Below are positions 24,633-34,900 of a DNA stretch of 64,000 bases, in pieces. Numbering within the stretch: position 1 is the stretch's first letter; every line of letters begins with the position of its first letter. The notes beneath the pieces are model-generated. The model saw nothing but the letters and a program-made list of their open reading frames with translations, was not told the origin of the DNA and did not search any database. The DNA is from Oscillospiraceae bacterium (lineage in GTDB: Bacteria; Bacillota; Clostridia; Oscillospirales; Butyricicoccaceae), in assembly GCA_045658985.1 (NCBI GenBank), contig JAZOWC010000068.1, positions 464 through 64,463 of the forward strand, written 5' to 3'. The position numbers and the translations under genes were made by a program.

Positions 24633-27600
24633 TCAGCCGAGGATTGCCATAACTGCGGCATTCTGGATGGCAGCTGCGTCGGCAGCGCTGATGCCCTCAG
24701 GAACGTAGACCACAGTTGCGGGAGTTGCCTGGAAGATCTCTGCGTATACAGAGCAAGCCAGGAGGTAGCCGCCCTCGATATCGATGGTGTCGGAGATGCT
24801 GTTTGTGTAGGGATTGACGCCCTGTGCAAGACAAGCTTCGACAGCGGTTGCGTAGCTGATGACGATATCGGTATCGCCTGCCAGCTTCTTGGTGTTTGCC
24901 TCGATCAGATCGGCATAATCGGTTCTGTCGGAGATACCGTTATTGTTGACCTGATCACGGAAGTACTGGCTGACGGTGTTCTGTCTTGCTGCGGGAGCAA
25001 CGATCATGACCTTGGCCTTTGCATTGTTCTGCAGAGCAAGCTCGCGGACAGCCTTGGCTGCGGCGGCTTCTGCGTCGAATGCTGCGGTGTCGAACAGAAC
25101 CTTGTCCTTGCCTGCTTCGACGATGACGTAATCGTACTCAACGCCGCTGTACAGAAGCTGAGTGCTCAGTGCGGCATTCTGTGCTGCCTGCTCCAGAGAC
25201 TCGATACCGGGGATAGCCATAACGTACAGCTCCTTGCCGGTCTCCTCTGCGATTTCGGCGAGCATATCTGCAACGTCACTGTCGGTCAGAGCTGCACCTG
25301 CAAGCAGGACGTTGGTTACTGTGCGCTCCTTGTAGCTGTCGGTTACGGGAGCGGGATCGACCTTGTCCAGATCAAGTACGACCTCTGCGGCGATAGCCTG
25401 AAGCTTTGCGCCGACGGTGGGCTTGACCGAATAGTTGTCGCTCTCAAATCTCATAATGCCAACGGGGCTCTTGCCGGTGATTGCGGTATACATACAGCAG
25501 GCGATAAGATAGCTGCCCTCGTTGCTTGCGTGGTCAACACTGAGGCTGACATAGGGATCGATCTCGGTGTTGGCAATACATCTCTCAAATGCGTTTGCAA
25601 GGCTCATAACGGTCACGTCGGTTCCGACTGCGGGGAGAACCTTCTCCTTGACAAGCTTGTTGATGGCATCGGCATGCTCGGTGCGGGTGGTGATGTTTAC
25701 ATCAGCAAACTTGTACTTGGTCAGATCCTGACGGGCAAACATAACGTCCAGAACGATCTTGACGTTGGGGTTGTATGCCTTTGCCAGATCGATGATGCCC
25801 TTGAGAGCGGTGATATCGCTGTTAGCGGTAGAGCTGTGGATAACGGCGTTGTCACGGCCGACCTGCAGGACGATGACGTCAACTTCGCCATCCTGCAGCT
25901 GTGCGCGGACTTTGCTGTAGCCGTCGCCTACAAGACCGGTCTCCCAGATGTTCCATGCGCCGTTGCCGACAACAGTTCTGATCTCGGCCTCATAGCCTGC
26001 TTTTTCAAGCAGCTCACCGACATACTCGGTGGTGTCAAAGCTGTAGGATGTGCTGGAGTAGGTCATAGACAGAGAACCAACCATCAAAACGGTCAGATCG
26101 GTGTCATTGTACTCCTTGGCATTGGGTGCTACCCAATATGCGGGACGGGTGGCTTCTTTCTCGGTGAGCCACTTTGCGCGGAGGGTAAGTCCGCCGTAGG
26201 GCATCACTGCGCCGTCAAAGGAGAACTCGTTATTAAGAGCGGCATCTGTGTACCAGCCCTTGAATACGTAGCCTGCCTTGACAGGGGTCTCGGGAGCGGT
26301 GAGGGCGGTGCCCATCTCGGCTGTGACGGCCTCAATCTCGCCTGCGCCGTCGGTGTCAAAGGTTACGGTAAAGGCAGTGGCAGCCTCGACCTCGATACCG
26401 AGGACGAACTTGGTTGCCAGCTTCTGCAGTGCGATAGCTGTCTCAACGTCGACTGTTGCGTCAACGCCGCCGATGTTGGAGCCGAGAGCGCCTACGCCGA
26501 CGGGGGTCTCACCGAACATTGCAGCGTAAATAGCGCTGGCGGTCAGGTAGGAGCCCTTGGGGGTAGAACGGTTACCGACGTTTGCACGGGTGGCAACGTC
26601 ATTGGGTTCGCGGAACAGATCAGCCTTGATGACTGCTGCGTCGTCGCTGTATGCCTCAAACAGATCGGCGATAGAAACGACCACTACGTTGGCGATACCC
26701 TTGTCCTTGATGAACTGAGCCATCTCCTCTGCCTCTGCGGTGATCAGAGCGGCATGGGTCTTGTGATCGGTAACGGTAACGTTGGTGAAATCAGCAAAGT
26801 TTGCCTGATGACCGTAGGGAGCTGCGATGATGACCTTGACGTTGGGGTTCTTGTCATAGGCGATCTTTGCCAGCTTGTATGCGGAAAGGATGTTCTGGGT
26901 CTTGCTGCTCTCGCTGTTGATGGAGAAATCTCTGCCCGACTGCAGAACGATATAATCGAACTTGGTGGATGCAAAGCCGTTCTTGGTGTCGGTGCTGGAG
27001 ATGGTCATATCGGTCTCGGAGGAACGTGCGGAGGATGCGAACAGCTCATACAGATTGTATGTTGTCCATGTGGTACCGTGGGTTGCCTGAGCCTTGACGA
27101 TGTTGACGGGCTTGCCCTGACCTGCCTCGATCATCTGAACGAGTGTGTCGGTCATGTTGTAAGAGCCCATCATCATGCCGCCGAATACGTACATATTGAC
27201 AGCACCTTCTACGGTCTTGTCCTCGACCTCCTGAGGCTTCTCGGGAGTGGGATCAACGGGCTTGGGCTGAGCGGTGCCGCCGGACACCACCTGAGCAGCC
27301 AAAGCCTGAAGCTTGGCTGCTGTAGCGGCGTCAACGTTGGCGTCCCAGGTGATTTCGCCTGCGCTGTTTTTGCCTACTGTACCGGTGGTCTTGAGGCCAA
27401 CGGGGCTCTGATCGAGCATTGCGGTGAAGATACCGCAGGCTGCCAGATAGGAACCTGCAGGGTTGGAGCGGTTGCCGACGTTCTTTCTGCCGGTTTCTGC
27501 ATCGGGCTCACGGAACAGTTCAGCCTTGATGACTGCTGCGTCATCGCTGTAAGCCTCGAACAGGCTGCCCAGAGAAACGATCTCAACGTTCTTGGCATAG

Positions 27601-30600
27601 CCCTGGCTGAGGATGTAGCCTGCTACGGATGCGGCTTCCTGATCGATGTACTTGACGTGAGTCTTGTGGTTGGTCACAACGGGATTGGTCAGGTCTGCAA
27701 AGTTTGCCTGATGGCCGTAGGGAGCAACCAGAATGATCTTGACGTTGGGGTTCTTCTGAGCTGCCAGCTTGGCGATCTTGGCGGCTGCGTACTCAACCAT
27801 ACCGTCATAGGAGCTGCCCTCTACCAGAGAGAAGTCTCTGCCGGTCTGGATAAGAACGTAGTCAAAGCTGACTTCCTGAAGCTTCTGCATAGCCTTCTGT
27901 GCGGAAGAGCCGCTGCCGAAGGTCATATCGGTAGCCGAGTTACGTGCGGAAGATACGAACAGCTCCCATACGTTATAGGTAGTAGCTGTGGAAGTATGAC
28001 CCAGATATGCATCAACGTGGACTTTGACTTCCTTGCCGGTAGCTTCTTTGAGCATATTGGTCAGGGTAGCTGTTGTGCCGTAGGAGCCCATGGGATGGCC
28101 GCCGAATACAAAGATATCAACGATATCATCGGGCTCGGTGGGGACAACTGTGGGAGGAGTTACGGGGTCAGCGGGTTCGGGGGTCAGGGTGACCTTCTGG
28201 TCGGGCTTCTCGGTGGGAACCTTGCCGCCGAGGACGTAGTCTGCTGCCAGCTTCTGCAGTGCTGCAGCGGTGGTGGCGTCGACCTTGCAGTCGGTGGTGA
28301 TTCCGCCCTCTGCGTTGAGGATATCTCTGCCCAGAGTGGTCAGACCCTCGGGGCTCTTGTCAAACATTGCGGCATAGATACCTGCTGCTGCGAGGTAGGA
28401 ACCCTTGGCAGAAGCACGGTTGCCGGTGTTGCCGCGGCTGGTAACTGTGTTGGGCTCGCGGAACAGATCCTTGTAGATGTCCACAGCCTTGTCGCTGTAG
28501 CACTCAAACAGATTACCGACGGAGACGATCTCTACGTTGGCAATGCCGTCATTCTTGAGAGCCTCGTATGCACGGAATGCCTCGTAGTTGATGAACTTGA
28601 CGTGCTTTGCGTGGTTGTCGATGTTGTAGGTCTTGAAATCTTCCCAGGTTGCGGTGTGACCGTAAGGAGCAACAAGCAGAACTTTGACGTTGGGGTTCTT
28701 GGCTGCTGCCAGCTTGGCGATCTTGCGAACTGCGATGACGTTCTTGTTGTAGGAAGTGCTGCCCTCGATCAGAGAGAAGTCTCTGCCCATCTGGATAACC
28801 AGAACGTCATATGCGTTGGTTGTCAGTTCTTCGTTGACGCGCTTGCCGGTGGTGGAAGAGGAGAACTTGATCTCGTCTTCTTTGCTCTGAACGCTGCTGT
28901 CAAACAGCTCGTAGAGGTTCCATGTAGTGCTGGTGGTATTGTGTACCAGATATGCCTCTGTATCTGCAATGACTTCCTTGCCGGTGCCTTCTTTGATCAT
29001 CTCGGTCAGAGTGTTGATCATATTGTAGGAGCCGAACATGGGGCCGCCGAAAGACCATACGCGGATGCTGTCGCCGTCTGTGGAGACGGGAGCGGTAGTG
29101 TCTGCAGGCAGAGTGTAGGTGGGAGCGGGGGTCTTGTCAACAGGCTTCTCCTGAACGATACCGTCCTTGTTTGCCCATGCGCCGTAGATGGTCACGTTGC
29201 CCAGAGGCATCTTGCCGGACATAAAGCTGAAACGGGTATTGAAATCGGGATCGTAGAACCAGCCTGCAAAGAGCAGATCGCCCTTGGTGGGATCCTTGGG
29301 AGCTTCGATGACCGAGCCGGCCTCAGCGGTGATGGAAGCAACCTCGCTGCCGCCGTTGGTGTAGAAGTTCAGGGTGGACTGGGTAGAAACCGTGCCCTCA
29401 TACTCGGTGCCGAAGACGGTCTTGTGAGCGGTCTTCTGGAGCTTGAGGAGCATTGCGCCGTCTGTGACAACACCGGGAGCGTTCTGGCTGCCGCCTGCAT
29501 AACCGCTGTAGGTCATGCCAACGGGAGACTTGTCATAGATGGTGGAGTAGATGGTTGCTGCTGCCAGATATGCACCGGCCTCGCTTGCACGGTTACCGGT
29601 GTTTGCGCGGGTTGCGATAACGTTCTTCTTCTGATACAGATCGTTGGTGATGTCGTCGGGGTTATCGCTGTAGTTGAGGAATGCATCGGAAACGTATGCG
29701 ATCTTGACCTGAGAAGCAGGCAGATAGCCGCCGTTGACGATGGAGTCTCTCATTGCTTCGGCCTCGGAGTTGATGAAGGGTACGTGCTGCTCAAGGCTGC
29801 CGATGGTGTAGAAGTCGGAGAAGTTTGCGTTATGTCCGTAAGGAGCATAGATGATGAACTTGACGTCGGGGTTCATCTTGGCTGCCAGAATAGCAAACTT
29901 GGTTGCGGAGATGATGTTGTTGGTTCTGGAGTTGTCGTTCTCCATGGAGAAGTCACGACCAGACTGAATAATAACATAGTCCAGCTTCTTGGAAGTAAGA
30001 GCATCCTGCATCTTGGCTCCGTAAGAACCGAAGCTGATGGTGTTGATATCGCTTCTGGAAGAAGATTCAAACAGCTCGTAGAGGTTATAAGTGGTGGATT
30101 CACTGGAGTGGCCCAGCCATGTGATAGTGAGGTTGACCTTCTTGTTTTCTTCCTTTTCCATCATTTCGACAAGGGTCTTTTCCATGTTATAAACGCCGAT
30201 GGGGTATCCGCCGAACATCAGGACGTTCATCTCGCCGCCGGTGGGCTTGGTTACGGGATAGGTGCTGAGCTCGGTGGGATTGGGATACTTGTAAGCAGGG
30301 TCAAGATCCTTGGGATCTACGGGAGCGTCGGGATCTACCCATGTATCAACGTACTTGACGTAGCCGGATACATCGGGCAGGGTCTCGGTCTCGATACCCA
30401 GAACATGCTTTGCGGCCAGAGCCTGCAGCTTGACGCCCTTGGCAGGCTCAACGGAGAAGTTGCCTGCGTCGAAGCACATAACGCCTACGGGGCTCTCGTC
30501 AAAGATAGTTGCATACAGACCGCAGGCCATCAGGTAGCTGCCGTATACGTCTGCAAAGTCGGAAACGTCATTGCCCCAGGGGTTGATATCGGTCTCTTCG

Positions 30601-31142
30601 AGGCAAGCCTCAAACAGAGTGTTCATATCGGAGGTCAGGTAGGGCATCTTGAGCAGCTCGGACTTTTCGTCCCAGTACATCTGGATAGCCTCAGAGTGCT
30701 CCTTGCGGTTGGTGATGACGGGGTTGTGCTTTGCATAGGGATCGGTGTAGTACTTGCTGGAGGTATCCTGACGTGCGTAGGAGATCATGGGAACGACTAC
30801 GACGCCGGGGTTCATCTCCTTGCAGATGGAGTAGATGCTGTCGATAGCTGCAAAGTCGGAGTTTCTGGTGCTGGAGCTCTGTACCATACAGTAGTCACGG
30901 CCGAGCTGCATAACGATGAAGTCATAATGTCTCAGCTCGTACATAGCCTGAACGGTAAGGAAGCCGTCACCGACAAGGCCGCTCTCCCAGATGTTGTAGT
31001 TGGAGCCGACGGTCAGCTTGTCAACGGTAACGCCCTTGCCGCTGGCGCGGGCCAGAGTCTGCAGGAACAGAGCCGAGTCGTGAGCTGCGCCCTCGGTGGT
31101 GCGGTGCATAACGCCCGAACCGATCATCAGGACGGAGATGGT
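24633..31142 (-). repeat. Tandem array of about 300-350-aa protein-coding modules (A-B-B-B-B-A-A' order)
   Basis: Module starts recognisable at ISVLMIGSG, MNVLMFGGYP, IRVWSFGGPM, VDIFVFGGHP, VNMYVFGGMM, LTVLMVGSLS and VTNVLLAGAA. Divergent at the DNA level, so these are not recent duplicates. Confidence 0.7.
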
Positions 31143-31850
31143 GCGGTCCTCGACCTCGACCTTGATGGTGTCGGACATGCTGCTTGCTGTAGCGCCGCTG
31201 GCGTTACGGGTACCTGTTACCTCACAGTATACCCAGTATTCCTTGCCCTTTTCCAGATTTCTGGGGAGGGCTGCGCCTGCTGCGGTCTGGCCCTCGATGA
31301 GAGTGCCGCCGCTGTTCTCGTTCTTGTCGTTGATGTACCACTTGAAGGTGTAGGAGTAACCACGGGTCTCCTTGACCTTGACCTCAACGCTGCCGCCTGC
31401 GAAGGGAGCAGCCTTGACGACCTCGGGCAGCTCCTCAAGTACGGGAACTACTGCGGGATCCATAGTCCAGGTTGCGGTGACGGTAAAGGGAGCTTCGACA
31501 GCCTTGCTGAAGTCATAAGCTTTGCCGTCTACCTGCCACTCTTTGAAGGTGAAGCCGGTACGGGAAGGATCATAGGGTTTTTCCAGCTTCTCGCCCTTTT
31601 CAACCTTCTTGGTTGTGGGAGCGGAGCCGTCAGCCAGATCGATGGTGACCTCGATCTTCTCGGCCTTGGGAGGTTCGGGATCAACGGGGGGCTTGGGATC
31701 TACGGGCGGATTGGGGTCTACGGGATCCTGAGTGCCGGGATCTACTGTGCCGGGTTCTTCTGTCTTGTCGCCGCAGGCGAAGGAAAACAGCAGAGCGCCG
31801 CAGAGCAGAACGAGCAGGCTCAGCTTGAGAATGCTTTTCAGTCTTTTCAT
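24633..31850 (-). CDS. 2405-aa surface lipoprotein built from about 7 SGNH-hydrolase-like modules plus InlB-type repeats and an Ig-like module
   Basis: MKRLKSILKLSLLVLLCGALLFSFACG (lipobox) and a PxDP linker. Recurring module pattern hhhFGG..MGSYN / hhIQ.GRDFS / NPNVKhhhhAPYGH / GNRAs..GSYLAA..hYaamF..sPvG, read 4 times. Variant modules occur at both ends. Confidence 0.8.
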   Translation of the reverse strand: MKRLKSILKLSLLVLLCGALLFSFACGDKTEEPGTVDPGTQDPVDPNPPVDPKPPVDPEPPKAEKIEVTIDLADGSAPTTKKVEKGEKLEKPYDPSRTGFTFKEWQVDGKAYDFSKAVEAPFTVTATWTMDPAVVPVLEELPEVVKAAPFAGGSVEVKVKETRGYSYTFKWYINDKNENSGGTLIEGQTAAGAALPRNLEKGKEYWVYCEVTGTRNASGATASSMSDTIKVEVEDRTISVLMIGSGVMHRTTEGAAHDSALFLQTLARASGKGVTVDKLTVGSNYNIWESGLVGDGFLTVQAMYELRHYDFIVMQLGRDYCMVQSSSTRNSDFAAIDSIYSICKEMNPGVVVVPMISYARQDTSSKYYTDPYAKHNPVITNRKEHSEAIQMYWDEKSELLKMPYLTSDMNTLFEACLEETDINPWGNDVSDFADVYGSYLMACGLYATIFDESPVGVMCFDAGNFSVEPAKGVKLQALAAKHVLGIETETLPDVSGYVKYVDTWVDPDAPVDPKDLDPAYKYPNPTELSTYPVTKPTGGEMNVLMFGGYPIGVYNMEKTLVEMMEKEENKKVNLTITWLGHSSESTTYNLYELFESSSRSDINTISFGSYGAKMQDALTSKKLDYVIIQSGRDFSMENDNSRTNNIISATKFAILAAKMNPDVKFIIYAPYGHNANFSDFYTIGSLEQHVPFINSEAEAMRDSIVNGGYLPASQVKIAYVSDAFLNYSDNPDDITNDLYQKKNVIATRANTGNRASEAGAYLAAATIYSTIYDKSPVGMTYSGYAGGSQNAPGVVTDGAMLLKLQKTAHKTVFGTEYEGTVSTQSTLNFYTNGGSEVASITAEAGSVIEAPKDPTKGDLLFAGWFYDPDFNTRFSFMSGKMPLGNVTIYGAWANKDGIVQEKPVDKTPAPTYTLPADTTAPVSTDGDSIRVWSFGGPMFGSYNMINTLTEMIKEGTGKEVIADTEAYLVHNTTSTTWNLYELFDSSVQSKEDEIKFSSSTTGKRVNEELTTNAYDVLVIQMGRDFSLIEGSTSYNKNVIAVRKIAKLAAAKNPNVKVLLVAPYGHTATWEDFKTYNIDNHAKHVKFINYEAFRAYEALKNDGIANVEIVSVGNLFECYSDKAVDIYKDLFREPNTVTSRGNTGNRASAKGSYLAAAGIYAAMFDKSPEGLTTLGRDILNAEGGITTDCKVDATTAAALQKLAADYVLGGKVPTEKPDQKVTLTPEPADPVTPPTVVPTEPDDIVDIFVFGGHPMGSYGTTATLTNMLKEATGKEVKVHVDAYLGHTSTATTYNVWELFVSSARNSATDMTFGSGSSAQKAMQKLQEVSFDYVLIQTGRDFSLVEGSSYDGMVEYAAAKIAKLAAQKNPNVKIILVAPYGHQANFADLTNPVVTNHKTHVKYIDQEAASVAGYILSQGYAKNVEIVSLGSLFEAYSDDAAVIKAELFREPDAETGRKNVGNRSNPAGSYLAACGIFTAMLDQSPVGLKTTGTVGKNSAGEITWDANVDAATAAKLQALAAQVVSGGTAQPKPVDPTPEKPQEVEDKTVEGAVNMYVFGGMMMGSYNMTDTLVQMIEAGQGKPVNIVKAQATHGTTWTTYNLYELFASSARSSETDMTISSTDTKNGFASTKFDYIVLQSGRDFSINSESSKTQNILSAYKLAKIAYDKNPNVKVIIAAPYGHQANFADFTNVTVTDHKTHAALITAEAEEMAQFIKDKGIANVVVVSIADLFEAYSDDAAVIKADLFREPNDVATRANVGNRSTPKGSYLTASAIYAAMFGETPVGVGALGSNIGGVDATVDVETAIALQKLATKFVLGIEVEAATAFTVTFDTDGAGEIEAVTAEMGTALTAPETPVKAGYVFKGWYTDAALNNEFSFDGAVMPYGGLTLRAKWLTEKEATRPAYWVAPNAKEYNDTDLTVLMVGSLSMTYSSTSYSFDTTEYVGELLEKAGYEAEIRTVVGNGAWNIWETGLVGDGYSKVRAQLQDGEVDVIVLQVGRDNAVIHSSTANSDITALKGIIDLAKAYNPNVKIVLDVMFARQDLTKYKFADVNITTRTEHADAINKLVKEKVLPAVGTDVTVMSLANAFERCIANTEIDPYVSLSVDHASNEGSYLIACCMYTAITGKSPVGIMRFESDNYSVKPTVGAKLQAIAAEVVLDLDKVDPAPVTDSYKERTVTNVLLAGAALTDSDVADMLAEIAEETGKELYVMAIPGIESLEQAAQNAALSTQLLYSGVEYDYVIVEAGKDKVLFDTAAFDAEAAAAKAVRELALQNNAKAKVMIVAPAARQNTVSQYFRDQVNNNGISDRTDYADLIEANTKKLAGDTDIVISYATAVEACLAQGVNPYTNSISDTIDIEGGYLLACSVYAEIFQATPATVVYVPEGISAADAAAIQNAAVMAILG

Positions 31851-31983
31851 ACGCTTTCTCCTTTTTTGTAATGAGTTTGCGATTGTTTTTCGTGCTTTTG
31901 GTTTGCGGGACAGTGTTTGCTGTAGGTTGTATCCGTCGGGGTATCGGGGTTCAATACCCCGACGGATGAATTGGAATCAAAAC

Positions 31984-34900
31984 TTAGTCGATGACGTGAG
32001 TGTCAACGAGAACGTCTGCCCAGTACTTGATGATGGAGCCGACGAAGTAGTCGGATACGCTCCAGGAGTTTCCGCTTTCGCTGGAGTTCTTGAATCCGGA
32101 AGGAGCGGCAACTGCATCAAGATCGATGTCTACCATCATCTTTGCAACCATGTTGTACAGCATTGCTGCGCCTGCGGGGCCCATGTTGCGCTTGTTGGCA
32201 TCGCTGTAGTTGTTGACCAGCAGCGAGTAGCTTGCGGTGGAGCTGCTTGCCATATTGGATGCATCTGCTGCGGCAACGTTTGCTGCTTCGCCGAATCTGA
32301 GCAGCTTGATATCGATGTCAACCTCGTTGCTCTCGAGGGCTGCCTTGATCTTGTCGGCATTTGCGCTGATCTTGGTTACCTGCGCTGCAGCAGAACCGTA
32401 CTTGCTGATATCATCTGCGTGGCCGGAGCCGGTTGTTGCCAGAATGATCATCTCACCGTCGGGGTTGTGATCATACAGCATTTTTTCCAGACGGGCAATA
32501 TTGGTAAGCTCGCTGTTGTAGGTGCTGGTGTAGATCAGACCGCCTCTGCGGTTTACAGCCACAAGTACGTAGTCCCACTTGAATACGCCGTAATCCACGT
32601 CATTGTGAACGGTGTTGTTGTCTACTGCATCCAGGAACTTGCCGACCGATCCGCCTGTGGAGAACTCGCCGTCATCCTTGACGGTGAACAGCTCGCTCAT
32701 CAGGTACAGACCGCCGGTTGCGGTATTGTTGACTGTGGGAGTGTAGCCTGCGTTGATGAGCAGGTCTCTCAGCCACTTGTGAGCATTCATATAAGATGCT
32801 GTTGCATAGCTGTCACCGACCATCATAAGGTTGATTGTCAGCTTTGCGGTATCAGCAACCTTGACTGTGAAGGTATCAACTGCGGTCTCGTTGGAAACGG
32901 TGACCTTGATTGTATCCTTGTCGGGAGTTACGGGTACGCTGATGATAGCTGTGCCGTCTTCGCCCACTGTTGCAAAGCCTACGCCTGCTTCGCTCTGTCC
33001 GATGACGGTTGCGCCCTCGGGGCCGGTTGCGATCAGCTCAACGGTGTGGCTGTTCTGCTTGCCGTTGTAACGGAGAGTGCCGTCCAGAGTCATTGTCTCG
33101 CCCGCTGCGATCGCATCGCCGCCTGTGAGACCTGCGTTGAGTGCATTGGGTGCCAGAGCAACTGTTGCGCCCAGTCCGTCGCCCTCTACGGTGAACTGAC
33201 CGAGAGCAATGTTCTTGGCATAACCGTAAGCTGCGCCGCCTGTTACGTCAGCGGTGACTGTGTATGTGCCGGGTCTGGTGGGAACGCCTGCTGCGCCGTT
33301 GAACTTGACGGTGACTTCGCCAACGCCCTCAGCGGCTTCTACTGCGCCGGTTGCGCTGTCAAAGGTCAGCTGTGCAGCGGTGACTGCAGGCTTGCCGGTT
33401 ACGAACATATCTGCGATCTGCAGAAGCAGGGTTGCTGTATCCTGAGCAATTGTATAACCCTCAGAGCCCAGAGTCTCGATGTCGAGAACGCTCTCGCTGA
33501 GGATAGCACCTGTCAGAACGGCTGCGTTCAGATATGCGCCGCTTGCGCTGGGTCTGTTGCGCTTTGCGGAGAATGCTCTGCCGCCCTTGCCTTCTGCGGT
33601 GGAGTAGAGATCGTCTTCGACGCCTTCGTTGAGGATGTAGTACTCGACTGCATCGACTACGTTGGCGATCTTGACCTCGACCTTGTTCTCTGTGTCGGCT
33701 GCATTCAGCTTGTCACGGATCATCTGTGCACGGCACTGAACAACGTCTGCGCTCTTTTCACGGCTGTTAAGTGCGAACCAAGCGGTGCTTCTCAGATAGG
33801 GGAAGTCAGTATTCTGCTTGTACTCATAGCCGCGCAGGTTGTAGCTGGTTTCGGAGAAGCCCTGTCTGATACCCATCTGTGCAAAGAGGATGAGTTCTGC
33901 GCCGGGCTGATTCTCAGCGATAAGCTCCTGCAGGCAAAGCAGAGCATTGTCCTCGAGCTTGATATAGTCGCCCTTCATACCTGTATAGGTATTGTTTACT
34001 TCCATGATGTAGTAATCATAGGGCTTGGCGCCGGTAAGGGTATTCTTGAGTGTGGAGTTGGAGACACCGCTCACTGTAGTGCCGGAGCGGCTGAAGAGCT
34101 CCCAGGAGTTGTAGCTCGAAGAAGTAGAATCCCAGCTGAGACCGTTGGCAGCTATGTCAACGCTTGTGCCGAGCTTTTCTTCCAGCATAGCTTCCATAGT
34201 TCTCATAAGGCCGTTGCTGTACAGCATCCATGTGCTATGCATATAGATGTTGATGTCTGCCCAGAGTTCTGCGCTGACACCGACGATCAGCTCTGCTGCC
34301 ATCTCGTTGTCCTCGTCATAGACGTAGACGGTAACGGTGGTCTCGCCGCTTTCGAAGGCGTACAGAACCTCTGCAGTACCCTCTGCGGATGCGGTGAACT
34401 CACGGACATCGGTCTCACCGTTCTTAAGGCCGATCAGCTCAAACTTGGCATTGGGGATCAGCTTGCTCAGCTTGAGGACTGCGGCGTGATGCTCGGTTGC
34501 ATCGAAGCCTGCGCCTGTCAGGTCGGCTGCATATTCCATGTAGCCCTTGACGGTTTCTTCCTCAAAGCGAACGCCGTTTGCCAGAGTCTCGTTGGTAAAT
34601 CCGTCAACCTCGGTGGTTGTGTCGATCTCAACGACGGGGTTCTCAACACCGGTCTTGGACCACTTGCCGGTGAAGGTTGCGCCGCCCAGAGGCATTGTGA
34701 AGGTGCCGTCTGCAACATCTGCATCGTAGGTTACCCAGCCGCCGAATGCGTAGCCTTCCCATACGGGATCAGCTTCGACAGAGACGGTGGAGCCCCACAT
34801 GTAGGACTTGGTCTCGGGGAGATTGGGCTTGTTGGTATTGTTGAAGTAGTTGCCGTAGGCATAATCTACTGTGTAGTACTGTCTGTCATAGTATACTTTG

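Noticed and set aside
24627-31871. 2414-aa plus-strand ORF exactly mirroring the 2405-aa minus-strand gene
   Set aside because: Its translation is low-complexity (rich in G, V, C, D, A, L), with no signal peptide, domains or RBS. The minus-strand product has a lipobox and recognisable repeats and modules. The open antisense frame is explained by strong GC3 codon bias: TTA, CTA and TCA are rare in the sense frame, so no stops arise on the opposite strand.
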